Below are positions 1 through 13,900 of a stretch of DNA of 64,000 nucleotides, piece after piece. The DNA comes from Balanoglossus misakiensis (lineage: Eukaryota; Animalia; Hemichordata): NCBI GenBank assembly GCA_040954595.2, contig CM082579.2, positions 6,189,625 through 6,253,624 on the forward strand. Reading direction: 5' to 3'. The notes below the pieces were generated by a model. That model did not search any database. It saw only the letters and a list, made by a program, of their open reading frames with translations, and was not told the origin of the DNA. Within the stretch, counting starts at the first letter, position 1. Every line of letters begins with the position of its first letter. The translations under genes and the position numbers were made by a program.

Positions 1-4
1 AACC

Positions 5-66
5 TTCAAATAGTGGCCTGCCTTCGCTTCCTTACATATTTCACGCGCACCGTACAAGTATAGACT
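5..66. repeat. Dispersed repeat fragment, copy 1 (copy 2 at about 1712-1772)
   Basis: ttcaaatagtggcctgccttcgcttccttacatatttcacgcgcaccgtacaagta matches ttcaaatagtggacagccttcgcttccttccatatttcatgtgtaccgtacaagta, in the same orientation and both intronic. Confidence 0.7.
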
Positions 67-1711
67 TATGCACATAAGACGATCGTCGGCCTTTAACAAA
101 TCCTGTCACGTTCACGCATCAATGAACCGGATGACATATGTGGCTAATAGTTCGCGACATGCATTCATTCTCAAAGATTCAACAAGTGATGTCTGGGTTT
201 TTTCTTTTCAGAATGAAAAAGTCAAGCATCAATCAGAACACGGAAAGTGTGAATAATCCATCTGGCAAAAATGCTCTTCAAATTAATCAGCTCCTTGAGG
301 ATTTTCAAACGTCAGATTTTACTTTGTGGGCATTTGGTTCAAATCTCCGGCTCTTATGTACTTGGCAGTTACACGTACAAATAGCACAGACTGGGTTTTC
401 TTGGCACTTCACACATTTGAACATTAATGAGTAAGAAGGTTACATGCATTTGACCCTCAAAAATCTGTTAATAAATTGGGTAGTAGAGAAACCAAGGTCC
501 ATGTATTGCTTCAAGCTATTAGTACTTCCAAGGTTTCCAAAAACACAAACAAAAAAGAAAAAAATGGACATGGTCGACACAAGAATAAACAACAAGTGAA
601 TCAGCTGCAATGACTCTCGAGGTTGATAAATAATTAAAAGTGTTTACCACACACTGTCGAATGGGAAATTTTCGCGACGAGAAATTTTCGCGATATCAAC
701 AGAGGTGACTGTTTCTCGACGAATAATCTTCGCGTTCTCTAATTACACTAACTGCCCCTCAGGAAATGTGGTGGTTCATTTCTTAAGTTTTCAAAAGATG
801 GCTTTAAAAAGTCTTATCAGAAACTCTTCCTATAGCTGCATGGCTTCCAGTATATAGCATTGACGTCTTCAGATGGAAAATCCCCAGAAGTCATGGTTCG
901 GAAGACATAGAATTACCTTATCACAGCGAAATTTAATCCAATAAGTCAGTTAATCAAACTGCAAACTGCAAAGTGTCTTTTAAGCTCATGTGCCTTGAAA
1001 ATGAGAGTCTTTAACTTTTCCCCAGGTGTTGCTCAAGGTAAGATTGGAGTAAAATTCAGGGGCACAAGCAAAACTTTGAATGGGAGAGAGCACACGTACA
1101 CATTTGTACAGATGCACATATCTTGTTGACAAGCTGAATTCTATACATAGGGCTAGGCCAAGCCAGGCAGATATTATTGCTGCATCCGATATCATGTTTT
1201 TATTGCAAGTAACTATTACTACTGAAAAAAAATATCGAGGTCTTTTTAATTTTTTTCACCCCAAAGGTATCCAATCTACAGCTGGGACTAGTTCCATCAG
1301 GATGTCGCAGTTATTTGCATGCTGATATGGGGACTGAGAGTTACCGAGGCGATGCAGCCATCGGCAAGCTCTCTGGAAATGTGGTGCATCTATGGCTAGT
1401 GCAGACAAATAATAGTTTCCGATAACATGTTTTCATTGCTTGTACCTGCTGCCTACTCAGAAAAAATCCAAGGTCTTTTTGTAAATTTCTTAAAGGCATC
1501 TGCCTAGCCACAGCTGATGCCAAACTGTCACAATGATATTAAAATCTCTCACTTTCATATGATTCTGTGATATTCATTTTCTCCTTGATCTTTTCCAAGA
1601 AAATGTGGTGATTAAAGCCCCAATGAATTATTTTAATGATTTTATTTTTCGATCGATGTGTACAAACATTACGTCTAATCCAAATGTTCTCCCAATTGTG
1701 TGTTTGATGCA

Positions 1712-1772
1712 TTCAAATAGTGGACAGCCTTCGCTTCCTTCCATATTTCATGTGTACCGTACAAGTAGACTT
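1712..1772. repeat. Dispersed repeat fragment, copy 2
   Basis: Near-identical to 5-66. Confidence 0.7.
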
Positions 1773-1825
1773 TAAATGTATACACCGCAAGGGGGCGCTA
1801 ACATAATAGTAATCACTCAACATAC

Positions 1826-4800
1826 CTGTGGCAGCAATCGCCATCCATGTTCTGCTACCATGGCAACAGACTGGATAACAAAATCGATACTTTGATTGGT
1901 AGCAAAATATGGTAAATTTATGCGCACGAATCCAGGCCTGGAAAACAAAGTAATTTTTGTCCAGAATTTAAAACACAATATACACAGAAAAAAAGGAGAA
2001 TGGCAGGGTATGGCTACGGTGGGTTAATTATATATTGAACTTTGAAGACAAATGGGGTTTAAAGTAATTGCTATACACAATTTACATAATTAAAGCAGTT
2101 ACTTCATACTGAAAGAATATTTAGATGGAGTTTGCTTGTTTGAGAAAATTCTTCTTACTGAAAAAATCAGTGGTACAGTGGCTAGACCAATGGACTCATG
2201 ATCAGAGGTTTGAACTCCCATGTAAAGCTGTGGTTATGTACGTCCTTCAAAAGGGCATTTTACTCCCCACTGCTTCTCCCCACCCAGGGGAATTTGGTGC
2301 CTGGTTTGTCATGTGTGTGTGTGTTTAGCTTTGCTGTTCTGATCAATGTTTCCTCCCAAGGAAATTGAGAGGAATTGTAAAGTTAACTCCAGTATGACCC
2401 GAGGCAATAATACTTGTAAAGCGCTTTGATCACTAATAATGGGATATGTGCGCTATATAAGAACCCATTATCACGTCTGATAAATTCCGGCTTACCTGAA
2501 AATCTCTCTTTCTGAGTATTCATGGTATCGTCTCAGATGCACACGATCCAGTCGACTGAAAAGTAACAATAAATACACCACATATAAGCTTTCCATGGAT
2601 ATTATTATTGTACATGTACTACTAGTACCAGCTCACTTTAAAGTAAAATCTAATATTAAGTGTAATTAAACATATTTCATAGAATGCATGATTTGAAATT
2701 CCAAAGTAGTTTTTTTATTGATGTCTATAGAAATGCAAGGCTGACATTTTATCTTAGTTTAAAAGGTCGCTAATAAACTGCATCTTTTTCAGCCATTAAA
2801 ACTATCATATGATTGAACCCTGTATGTTAGTCCCCACCAATCCTAAGATTAGCCTCAGTACTGCAAGCCGTTCAAACCAACCAATCAACTCGGGCCTTAT
2901 ATCAAGTTATCATTTGCCGAATATAGCTACAGTCTGTATATTAGTTTGCCTACCTGTCTTCAAGTAGAAGTGATTCTATTTTCTGAGCAAGTTCTTCATC
3001 TATACCCAGCAAGTCCTGATTGTAAAGAAAGTAAAATGCAGTCCAGTAATCGGTGTAAAAGATTGGTACCAACTTTATTACCCGCACATATAGGCATGAG
3101 AACGATCCAGGTCTGAGACTTTTTGCTAGTTTCATAAACAAGGAAACCAAACAACGTAATATACATGTTAGTGAGAGGGAAGATAGGAGGGGAGATTTCC
3201 TTACCTGTGCATATGGTCCAGCGCACGCACATCCTCCTCTGGCTTGTACACCGAAGACATCGTTCAGCACGGCGCACACAAAGTTGTGATGCAGAAACTG
3301 TCCCGTTACAGGATGCTTGATGAGGAATGAAAATATCGGCAATCTCGGCACACTGCTCTTACCCAAGATGAGCAGATTTTTCACCTTGCTCCATACTTTG
3401 GTAGCTTTTCTACGGGGATGGATATCACCAGAGAAAAGTGTTTTGTCAACGGAAAGACGCAGAGTTTGTAAATTATTCACTTTCAAATGATTCACTCGGT
3501 AGGTGTTGCACATTGAGTAACTGCCATGCAGGGACATACTTGAATTATTTATCTGCATCTGACCCGTCAGATATTTTTACTTTGAGTAACCCCGTGTACA
3601 CTGTAAAACAGACAAGAGGATGAACAAGTTAAAATAAATTAAAAGTGGACAAAGAATATTAAAGTACAAATGTACCTGTGCAGTTCATGTTCTCTGGCCA
3701 TTATTACATCAGCTCCAACAGCCTTCAAGAAAACAAGAACAAAATTAAGTTAGATATTCAATGCACATGTACACCATGCAAATGATTTAGTAAATGTTGA
3801 AGTGGGCATTCTCACCTTCAATAAGTATGAATGTGGTGTTCAGTGTTGGTTGCTTTACTTTCCACGTATGCCAGGTTTGACCATATCATCACTGTACCTA
3901 CATACATACCTCTTTCAGCTGAAAGACAAGTCCCGCCCTGATTGAGCCAACAATGTCTGGGGTCCCTCCTTCCTCCCTCATCTCAATCTGCTGAAGATAT
4001 CTGTGTGTTTCCCTGGTAACCTGCGAGAATGAAATACCAAAGGTGGGTAATATTCATTACAATGTTCCTTTCTGTATTCCATATATCTCCATTATATGGC
4101 CTAGCACAGTATCACTCCTGCCTCTAAAGATACATTCACTTTCCAAAATGTTTTCCAAACAAGATAAACAACATCACCCTATTGGCATATCTGTTAGCCT
4201 TCCTGAAGTTTATTTTTTTGCCTTCTGTATGGATAATTTGTCATATTCTGTACAGAGATAGATACACACTAACTACATTTTGTACTTACAAAGAAAACAG
4301 AGCCCCCTCCTCCTTCAGTTGGAACAGGGTTTCGGAACAAGACCTTTTTGGCCACAAGAATCCCTGGTGTCTGCACTCCACCAACAAATTTATGTGGTGA
4401 GATGAATACAGCATCTTTGTACACCAATGACTGATTACCACTGAAAAAAAAAAAAAAAATGTTCAATATTGTCTACTACAGTTTTCATTTTTGCATGTCT
4501 TCTCTTTTCTGGGATTTGATAATATTTTATTCAATACTACTGATACTTGGATGTCTAAAACTCATTCAATCACATTACATGTATGTACAAGTGTACTTTA
4601 ATATTTGTACTCTTCTAGAGGCAAATTTTGATATATAATATAAGGTAGTTTCCTGAACTCAAAATTCAAAAGACATTATGAACACAGTTATACATTAATG
4701 GGGAAAAATGATACTTTTATTGAAGAAATTGCAGAAGGTAATAAGTTTTTGGGTTTGAAACTGTACCTTGGGACAACAGGATTCATATCAATATCAACAT

Positions 4801-7800
4801 AGGGACCTGAAAAGAAAGTATGAAAAGAGTAAATTAGGGTGGATATATTACAACTGAACTACACTACACTACTCTATACTACACTTCTATTGCAGCTATA
4901 AATACATTACTACGGTGCACTACACAACACTGCTCTACACTTCCTTTTCTATACATATCCAAAATGGGAGCTCAAAAAATCAAGTTTGCTTGACTTTGAC
5001 AACCCCCTACCTGCTGTAGCATAATCCCAGAATGCCAGAGCGCCATACTGATGAAGACAGCTGGTGACAGCATTGGTGTCAGTCAAGATTCCAGTCACAT
5101 TAGACGCTGCAGCAAAGCAGCCAATCAGCTGTCGGCTGCAACCCTGCCATCGCTGTGAACAGTAAATCAGAGCTGGGGGTTACGAGAGAAGTCTGTCATT
5201 AAACCATAACTACCTTTAAACATTACTAATATAAATCAGAAGAGACAAGGTTATCTTAATTTATGGCCTTTATTTTAAAAGCCACCCTATCAAACAAATC
5301 ACGCTACAGTATATTTGCACAAATTTGTGTATGTGTGGAGGATTATCTCTCAAAATTATTAAACCAGTGTTTGTATGGGGTTTAATTTCAGCTACTAACT
5401 GCCATGACTATCGATAATAGTACTCATTTTTTATGCACAAGGGATTTACAGCGTACGTGCGAGTCTTCACGTACCTTCAGCTGATCTTCTAGATTCTTGA
5501 CGTCAACAAGTCCATTGGAGTCTTCTTTGATCCTTATCAGCTGAAAACGACAAGATATTTTCTATAAGATTATCAGCACTTCATTACAGTCAGAGTCAAA
5601 GCTATATCCTTGTACAATAGGACACTAATGAATAACCTTATAGTGCCTTTGTCATGCGGTCAAGTCTAAATCTTTCTCATTGATAGGGTTGGATCAATAC
5701 ATAGGAGAATAGGAAGGGAATGCTGGGTTTTGATGATCACTTTCAAAAGGAAGGATTATATGACTTGTATGTGTGTGCGAGAGAGCCTGGGCATGCCTGG
5801 ATTTGACATTCACCATGACAAAGTAATAAATCTTTTGAAAGATGAGAACTTTTAAACCGATTGCAAGAAGTACATGTACTTGTCATCAATACAAGCTGAT
5901 TGTAATTCCTGCTAGCTTAAATAGGATTTTACTTCTTGCCTGGGGTGCAAATCATATCTTTGTTTCACTCAATAAATGTTCTCACCTCAGCACCAAGTTC
6001 TCGCCATGGTAACAGATTGGAGTGGTGTTCATAGGGACCAACAAACACAACCTAGTCATGGAAAATAATCAAGGTTATCCTGACTATTATCAACGAATCT
6101 GCAGACACACAAATGGACTTCTTTGGCTCTACCAGTTGCATAATAGCTATAAGTGAAAACTATGCTACCGTATATGAAGATAGTACACAGGGGTTGCTTT
6201 GGGACCACATGCAACTATGATCTTCATCACATACCGGAGGAGTCTGCAAATGAAGTGCATTTATGAGCTTATGCACTGCTGCTGTACAGCCATTTCCGAC
6301 AAAGATGACTGCGTCATGTTCACTGGCGTTGACAGCATTTCTTACAATATCCCTGTTTGCAGATGAGAGAGAGAGAAAAAAATCACATTTCACTTCAGCA
6401 GAGAAGGTGAATTAGAAAGCAAGATATAAAGCGAAATTAGGAATTAAATCTTGAAAATGGCTAACCAAATCCTGATCCTACAACAAATAATTCTACATTG
6501 AACATACCTGGCCTCATGTCTGTAAAGGGTTGACTGCAGGGCTGTAACAGTCGTAGTGGTGTGAGTGTTTCCATACAGTGGCAGAACTTCTTCACAGATG
6601 TAATCTTCTATAAACTTTAATGATCTGTGGGGAAAACAAAATAAGAAAGTTTTTTTCCCTTCTGCAAGGGTTGTTGTGAGAGCTTTTGTGGGTTTTATGC
6701 TACGCAAAGCCAGTGAAACTACACCAGAAATCACTGAGATGAACACTGCAGTCACAAGTCATCAATTATGCTGATACTTTTCATTACAATTATTTTTTTG
6801 AATTAAGTGAACTCATCACTTCTTTCAGAAAATAATTATAAAATGCATCTTTAAAAACAGTTTTATAATTGGAAAACATTTCCGACTCTTCCACCAACAT
6901 CATTTTTGCTGTTATAGCTACGTCATTAAATAACTTGCTTGCTTTCTTGCTTGGTGGCGCTCACACTGTTCCGCAAAACACCAGAGACTGTAGGAGGCAT
7001 GTAAGCCTGACCATCTTTAGTTTGGAAGTTTTATAATGTTAGTTACACTGATGAACATACAGTCACGTAATATTATTTTGTTATATCCACCAGAGCCATT
7101 ATGCATTTAATGTTATGTAGGATTCTGACTTACCTCCCTGATGCAGTGTAGTCACAATAAACAACTGAAAATAGAGAAATCAAAAAGGTTAATATCTCAA
7201 GTGTTTTTACATGTATTTATCAGTAATTCACAAGGATTGCGCACAAGAGGAGGAGGGTGTCTGAAGTGAGAAAGCCACTTTTCTTTTGTTTCATAGCAAG
7301 GATTGCTTTTGTAATTACCATGACAACAGGCAATATACCTTATTTAGTTGCTACCAAACTGAGTTCACAGCAAAACAAACTGACCAGGCTGAGGCGTGTG
7401 GGGGGGGGGGGGGAAGGCAGGCTGTAAGAAGGGTACCTGTTTTTTCTTCTGTATATCACAGTGTTCTCCCCAGGAATTGACCTAAGCATAACCGCTAATG
7501 TGTGGAGTGACCGTGGGCTAACCTAATCGACCCAAAGGCTCGAACTGCAGCATGAATGGTGTCCTGCACCCAGACTGAATCGCCGCCTCCACTAACCATG
7601 GCATAGCCATACCTTGGGAAGAAGGCCGTCAATAGTTTTGACAGCATAAACAAACAACCATACTCTGAAAGAAAATGCTTATGTGTCCCATATACGCTAG
7701 CATATGTTACCTTGCCGTTTCCCGAAAGGTCCGTAAAACGTCGAGTTTCGACCAATGACGTTATCGTCGATGTACTTCAACAATCTTGCACTGTTATCTC

Positions 7801-7942
7801 GGTCTTCCCTTCTTTCTTGGACGTCTTCGGCTTCATGGTGTCTAGCTGGGAGTTGGTAGAACTTGCGATCTCCGTATGGAAGGGATTTGGGGGAAAGCGT
7901 CCCATTGCCGTTGCCAACGTGACCCTCCGGTGCAGTCGCCAT
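1826..7942 (-). CDS. PLP-dependent aminotransferase class V / cysteine desulfurase-like protein; multi-exon, 3' part continues beyond the left edge
   Basis: Spliced exons at about 7709-7942, 7133-7165, 6508-6624, 6234-6351, 5986-6051, 5475-5541, 5012-5153, 4767-4807, 4289-4440, 3910-4021, 3675-3722, 3206-3410, 2954-3016, 2496-2556 and 1826-1937. They read VYCDYTASGR, YGNTHT, GPYEHHSNLLPWRE, AASNVTG, WDYATA, SPHKF (PLP lysine), EEGGTP, RGGCACAGPY (catalytic Cys region) and PGFVRINLPYF. No stop or terminal exon was found in the window. Confidence 0.9.
2170..2471 (+). mobile_element. Degenerate tRNA-derived SINE in an intron
   Basis: A-box-like head (gtggtacagtggctag) and B-box-like ggtttgaactccc, core ggcattttactcccc...ctccccacccaggg, and 3' tail tgtaaagcgctttg...gcgctatataagaacccattat. 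These features resemble marine-invertebrate SINE2 families. Confidence 0.6.
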
Positions 7943-8774
7943 TGTAAATTGTGAAAACGAGGCGGGATATCCCCATACCGGTCACATGACCATTGTCTGA
8001 CGTAAGGCATCAGGCTATTTGACTTCGGAGGGGAGGGGTGCGGCTGGATGGAAGATTTGGGGGGGGGATGTTGACAGATAGTGCGGAGGAAAAACATATC
8101 GCTTCTGCAATGCCTTGAGGTGTACTGGCGATCGAAAAAAATAATGATGAAGGCCTGTAACTATCAATAATAATGTGTCCAGACTTGCAGGAAGTGGGGT
8201 CATCACCTTTGGCCATGGTTAAATTCCCCTGTTTGCTGTTCACTCGTTCGTGATCATCTTACAGGGGTTGACTCGAGTTGTAACGGCCAATTGGCTCCAC
8301 AACCAGTCGGTAAGCAAACTCGTGACAATTCTGGACAGCGTGAGTTTAATAGATATCAGTGCATCTCAACCGCCACAATGTGTCGGTGTGCTGACAGTGA
8401 CACCAAAGATATGGCGATCGATGAAGTCATGCTTGTGTAAGCTTTGAATATTTGAAATTGTACAGCCATGCAGCTAGTACTTTGGTTCTTGAACTTTGCC
8501 CGTTGCACTCGTATAATCTCGAATGATCTCGAAAACCATTTACCCGCACAAACTTGGAGCGGCCGACATTCACCAAATCCTTGACGTAACTACCTGTTGA
8601 TTCAAGGTGTTAGAGAAAAACTAGACAGGTTTAGAATTTTAAACAGAACTTTCAAGACCACTTCAGGTTACGCTGACCAATAACTATGAACTTATACTTT
8701 TCTTCAAGTGCTATTCACAAAGTCCACTGAGGGTGCCACTTTTTTACGTCAACGACAGCTTCGCCATCATCTCC
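7943..8774. promoter_or_regulatory. Putative bidirectional promoter between the desulfurase-like and HNMT-like genes
   Basis: The start codons diverge about 830 bp apart. The interval has an E-box palindrome ggtcacatgacc (about 7980-7991), tgacgtaa CRE-like sites (about 7997 and 8582) and a CCAAT/ATTGG palindrome at about 8286. Confidence 0.45.
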
Positions 8775-10447
8775 ATGGCAACCGGAGAAGACCCGGAAGG
8801 ACCTCTCGACAACTGGGCGACGTATGCAGAGTCCCTTCAAGAATGGAATGATCGCAGTGACGAGAAGCAACGCTTTGCGACGTGGTTGCAGACGTCGTTT
8901 CCCGACGTGCTTAAGAAGATATCACCTCCCGTGCCAGCAGACGGATTTCGTCATCTGGATGTTGGCTCTGGCGACGGTAAGACCAGAAAGTGAATCAAGA
9001 GAATATATCCCTGATGCAGGAAAAGGCCAACCTTAATTGCCCATTTTCATGATCCCCGCATGGCCTAACACATTGGTACTTTTGAATTGGTGGAAATTGA
9101 AAAGTTCCGCGTTGACATTTTCTGTCAGAAATGTAAAGTTTTGCATGAAAATGAGTTGCAGTCACAAGCAAGGGTATCGCTCAGTGTGTACGATTGCATG
9201 TTAAAGTTTTAAATCAAATTCAACCCCATTGATTTATTCCATGGTGCCAACGAAACAAGTAAGGACTTGTGACTTCAGACTTGATCCTGACCAATTTCCC
9301 AACGGTTTGGATGGCCAATATCAAATATATTTGCACGTACGACATGGATGCATGTGTGTGTTTTAACTATTAGGCAATACATGTTGCAATTTGTTGGAAA
9401 TATTGCTGAATCACCAGCTGAGGGTGGTGTGTAGGAGTGTGGAGCCACAGGCGACAGAACAGCAGCAATTTCAAGAATTGGTTAAAACTAAAGACCTATT
9501 AAGTCGTGTCAAATTTGAGTGGGTGGAAAAAAGAACCGAAGATTACGCGGTAAGTTAATTAACCTACCATATGTGTCTGGCCCATTGCCACAGCTGGCTG
9601 GCGCTACCTTTGCTTTATATACAGAGCGCGAAACGTGTAGAATATATTGGGGGCAGGGCGCCTCAGCCTGACCAGTAGTCGTGTGCAGTTGATGACTGTA
9701 TAAAATCCATGATGTACAATGTAATCATGTCTTCACATGTTTACAACTGGATAGTTAAAGGAACATAGCCTACAGGCAGGTTTTAAACTTCTACTGCAAT
9801 TTTCATTACAGAAACGAGCCAATGCAGCAAATGATGTGAAATTTCACCTTGTGACATTACTTCAAATGATAGTGGTTGTTGACGATCCAGAGAAGACAAT
9901 TATGCATTACTATGACAACGAGATGGATAAAGGATCTATCATGATCATCACATTAGTATCAGGTAATTTTGATAATATTTTTAACCACGTGAATTCCCAA
10001 TTCTTAGATTTAAACACTAAATCCTACATTGCCGCTGAAAGAAAATCTTGATGTGAATCCTGTGAGAAAAGGATAATTTAAAAGTAAGCTCTGTATATTT
10101 TGCACACAGATGATAATCCGCTACATCGGTGTAAACAACACCTATCTAGAATTCGGAAATTGGAATTGAATTCGTCTGCCGATGTGCAGCAGGTCCTGGA
10201 GAGGAACCGCCTGAATTATACCAAGGAGCTAATCCCATACCACGTCGACGTAACCAACTGCTTCGAAGATTCAGACCGACAAGGGGCGCTGTTACTTGAG
10301 ATGATCACCATCGTGCCGGGATTCAGGGACAGGGTAGAGGGCGATGTGCAGAGGAAGGTTTTGGATGTCCTGCTTTCGTACTCGGAGAAAACAGAAGGCA
10401 AAATTATTGCCAAGTATGGATTTGATGTGTACATCATTCAGAAATAA
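8775..10447 (+). CDS. Histamine N-methyltransferase-like SAM-dependent methyltransferase (4 exons)
   Basis: Exons at about 8775-8976, 9374-9549, 9812-9962 and 10110-10447 join in frame. Motif I is LDVGSGDG, followed by SVEP..EQQQFQELV, VKFEW, FHLVTLLQM and DVTNCF....QGALLLEMIT, all colinear with the HNMT family. Confidence 0.85.
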
Positions 10448-10984
10448 AATGACATGGTATATGATATTCTCTTTTAAATGTATTCAAATTATTGCAGTAT
10501 TAGCACATGTACCCCACACCACACCATACCACAACACAACACACGGTCACATGTCAATTGGGAAACAGGTTAGAACCAACTCTGAATTTTAACCGAACTT
10601 TTCAAAATGCCATTCTGCAAGTTGTATTAAAGCAGTGTAGCGTGTGCTAGGGAGTACGGGTTTCCACGACGTTTGACTGCCATATCGGGGGAGGGGGTGC
10701 ACCCAAATGGTGTAATTTACACACCTGTTGATTCAACCACGCAGTGCTTGGGAGCGTAGGGGTCTTAACAAGCGTGGGCGATTTACGGCCACTTTCATCA
10801 CGTATCTGGCTTTGTGATATGGCATGCGACACTTTTGTTTCGTTGGCAGCACGACGGACACGGAACTTCCTCATTCCATGGAGGTACTAGCTCATTCTAT
10901 GAATCAAACGCACTCGGCCCCACTCCGATATTGGATAATTCATATCTTCACCGACGGTCCAAGGGTGCAGGGACAAGAGACGAC

Positions 10985-13900
10985 ATGATCTCATACATCA
11001 ACACAATTTTAGGGGCCTTATTGTTTGTGCTGGCAAACTATCAGCCGATCCGGGCGGTCGCGACGAATGGCCAAGTCAACGACACCGGTAGGTTGGGTTT
11101 ATGGCCGCCAAATTCTTTCAGTGGGTTAAAACTACTTACGAGACACACTTTCACGCTTTGTTTTATTGATCGTCACGGCATTTTTGTTATGCGGTGACAT
11201 GCAGATATTTATAGCTTTTCCAACGCACCTTTCGGGTCATATCGCCTGCACCTGACCATAGAGAGTGTGGCTTATCATTATAAATTCTATTGGTTTCATG
11301 TTCAGTTAAGTCTCCTCACTAATCTGACATCAACATATCGTTGTCTTTCAATTAAGGCGTATACCCACGCATGATTTATCGTTAACATGTCGGTGGGGTT
11401 GTAGACCTCTAGGATGTACTTAACCTGGCTTTTCGGACTGTAGGTCGGTGACCTGCTTGCGTTTTGTGTACTTTCTATGAGTCATTCATTTATTTTTAAA
11501 GCGGCCTTGCAAGTCAGAGTGGGCGATGTTTAGTCAAGCGTATCAAACCTGACACGGACAACAAAACCGTGAAAGTTTGCAAAAGTGCGAAGACCTTCTA
11601 GACAGAAAGTACATACTGACTCACCAGCAGAAGGACCTCTCTTATTGTATGAACGTAATTACATCATGTACACATTACAAAGTCACGATAACATATTTAT
11701 CAAGTTTGTCGTGCGTAATTTGTTTTGTCTAGATATTATTTTTCGATAATCATAATGAAATACCCTTTTTATAAACCAATAGCGTGATCATTGGCCGATT
11801 ATTTGGTTATTTGTTTCATACACGGAAGTTTATTTTACTGTAGGGTATCGTGCCTTTCAACACGAACATATTTTGAACATGTCAGATTGAGTGACAATGA
11901 TTTAGCCGTGTACGTTCATGCGCGCTTTCTGATAAGTTAGATCTCAAGTTTTTAAAAGTTTCTTTTTTTCTGTGTCCCAACAGAAAATAGAATAAATAGT
12001 ACAGACGGCTGCCGCCTGGATTTGCAACACATTTCTCGCACAGTTCCAGAGGTAAATAGTGCCGCTCTTTCTTAAGTCTTCTCATTTGTCAACGGTCTCC
12101 ACTCCGCCACCATAGTAAAATTCGTTGCACCAGAAAAAAATGTTGCAACAAGTATATAAAAAAGTTTCAGACATCTCTTATGTTTTTTCTTCACAGAATG
12201 CCCGTATCGGGAGTGTTATATTCGAAGGGTCTGGACCAACGGGTCAAATGTACAGCGGAGGGATATCGATCGTGGACGGAAACAAGGTATGCGACTTTTG
12301 AGAATGTGGTCACGAAAGTGGATACTCGTGAGTGCACAATAAAAAAAGTTTAAGTTACGAGAAACTAATAAAACTCAACTGGTCTCATTAAACAACTATT
12401 CGATTTCTGTATTTCAATAGTCCAAGACAGAAGCAGAAGTACACCAGCCCTCCAAACTGATTTCTGCAACTCCAATAAAAGACTATACTATACGCGCTTT
12501 TCTGAAAGGCCCAGTCTGTAGAAATGGAGAACTCAAACCGTGTACTTGTCGAGATCACTGTTACCCAAACTTGTCCTTCGACCCTTTTTTGAAATATCAT
12601 CATTTCTTTCACAAAACGTGTCAGAAAAGATAAACTGTATTTGTGTTAGATATCATTTCTTCTGATTTCAGAACGGAATGTTTCGCGTTGATGACGTTAA
12701 TGGCACAGTGTATCTGGCAAAATATCTCGACTACAACTTCCGCAGTGTTTACAGTTTACTACTATCGGCGAGAGAGGTGCGTGACTCGTAAAATGCCATT
12801 TAATTAATTCTTTCCCTGTGACTAAGGTGCGTTAGTGATATGCGAAAAATAGAAATAAAAAAATGGGGTGTTATCGTAATGATCATTTCATGAGAACAAT
12901 TTCTCAGGTAATAGCGTGACCTGAAACATTTATCGCTGTAAATTATTTGACATCTATTTCTCAAAATATATTTTCAAGGTGGTAGTAAATGGCGACCCAA
13001 TAGAATGCTTTCTCTACAACATAACAGTGACTGTTTCGGATGTCACGGGATGGCCGCCGTATTTTAATGAGACGTGTGCCTGGCCAGCGCGAAAAGCTGA
13101 CGGATATGTAAGTCAAAACAATAGTTGCTTTGTACTCTAATTCAATTCGTGGCATATACAAACTGATCACTTTACTGCACCCTTTAAAACCTTCACGTTC
13201 CTTTCCGATATATTCAATTTATGACTTTGAATTCTTGAAGTCTTTTTTCTCATTTCCAGCCTCTACCGGCGACGGCCTTCACGGATTATGGAGACATGAG
13301 GAATTTCTATCATTCATCAGACCCATTTAGTAATATCGACTCCTTTACTCTACCAGATTTGAATAATGATCATTGTAAGTTTAATATTAACCCAACCTTT
13401 AAAAATTTTGCTCAAATATCAGCATATTTAATCAAGTCTATGTTTCGACAAACTTTCAAGGAGAGCTGAATATACTAATGTCTTGAATCATTATCAGTTT
13501 GGCCTGATAATATTGTAACTAGTTACATTTTGATTTGCAGGTGATTTTACTGTGTATTTCTTAAGAAATATAGAGATGAACAACGGATATGAAATTGGAT
13601 GTGATGACAACGCGTACATACAGAACGCTAATGATCCTCTGGGTGTGAAATTGCTGCCATACTCTGATTGTAGAACTTATCAGGTAATTTATCTCCTATT
13701 AAAAGCACAATAAAATTGCTGACTTTATTTAGGTTGTGTTGATACGCCGAGTACTGTACAACCCAACAAAATGCTAGCGAATTGTATATCATATATTAAA
13801 TTAAAGGAGGAGAAGATTTCTCCCATTACAAGTATATCCTCATCAGGCTAAAATGAACAGCGTTCTGATGGAGAAGATCCGATCTTTATACCTCTTGCCA

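Noticed and set aside
7501-7516. 16-mer tgtggagtgaccgtgg shared by first introns of the desulfurase-like gene and IK (about 43664)
   Set aside because: One exact 16-mer match in 64 kb is roughly at chance expectation, and the match does not extend.
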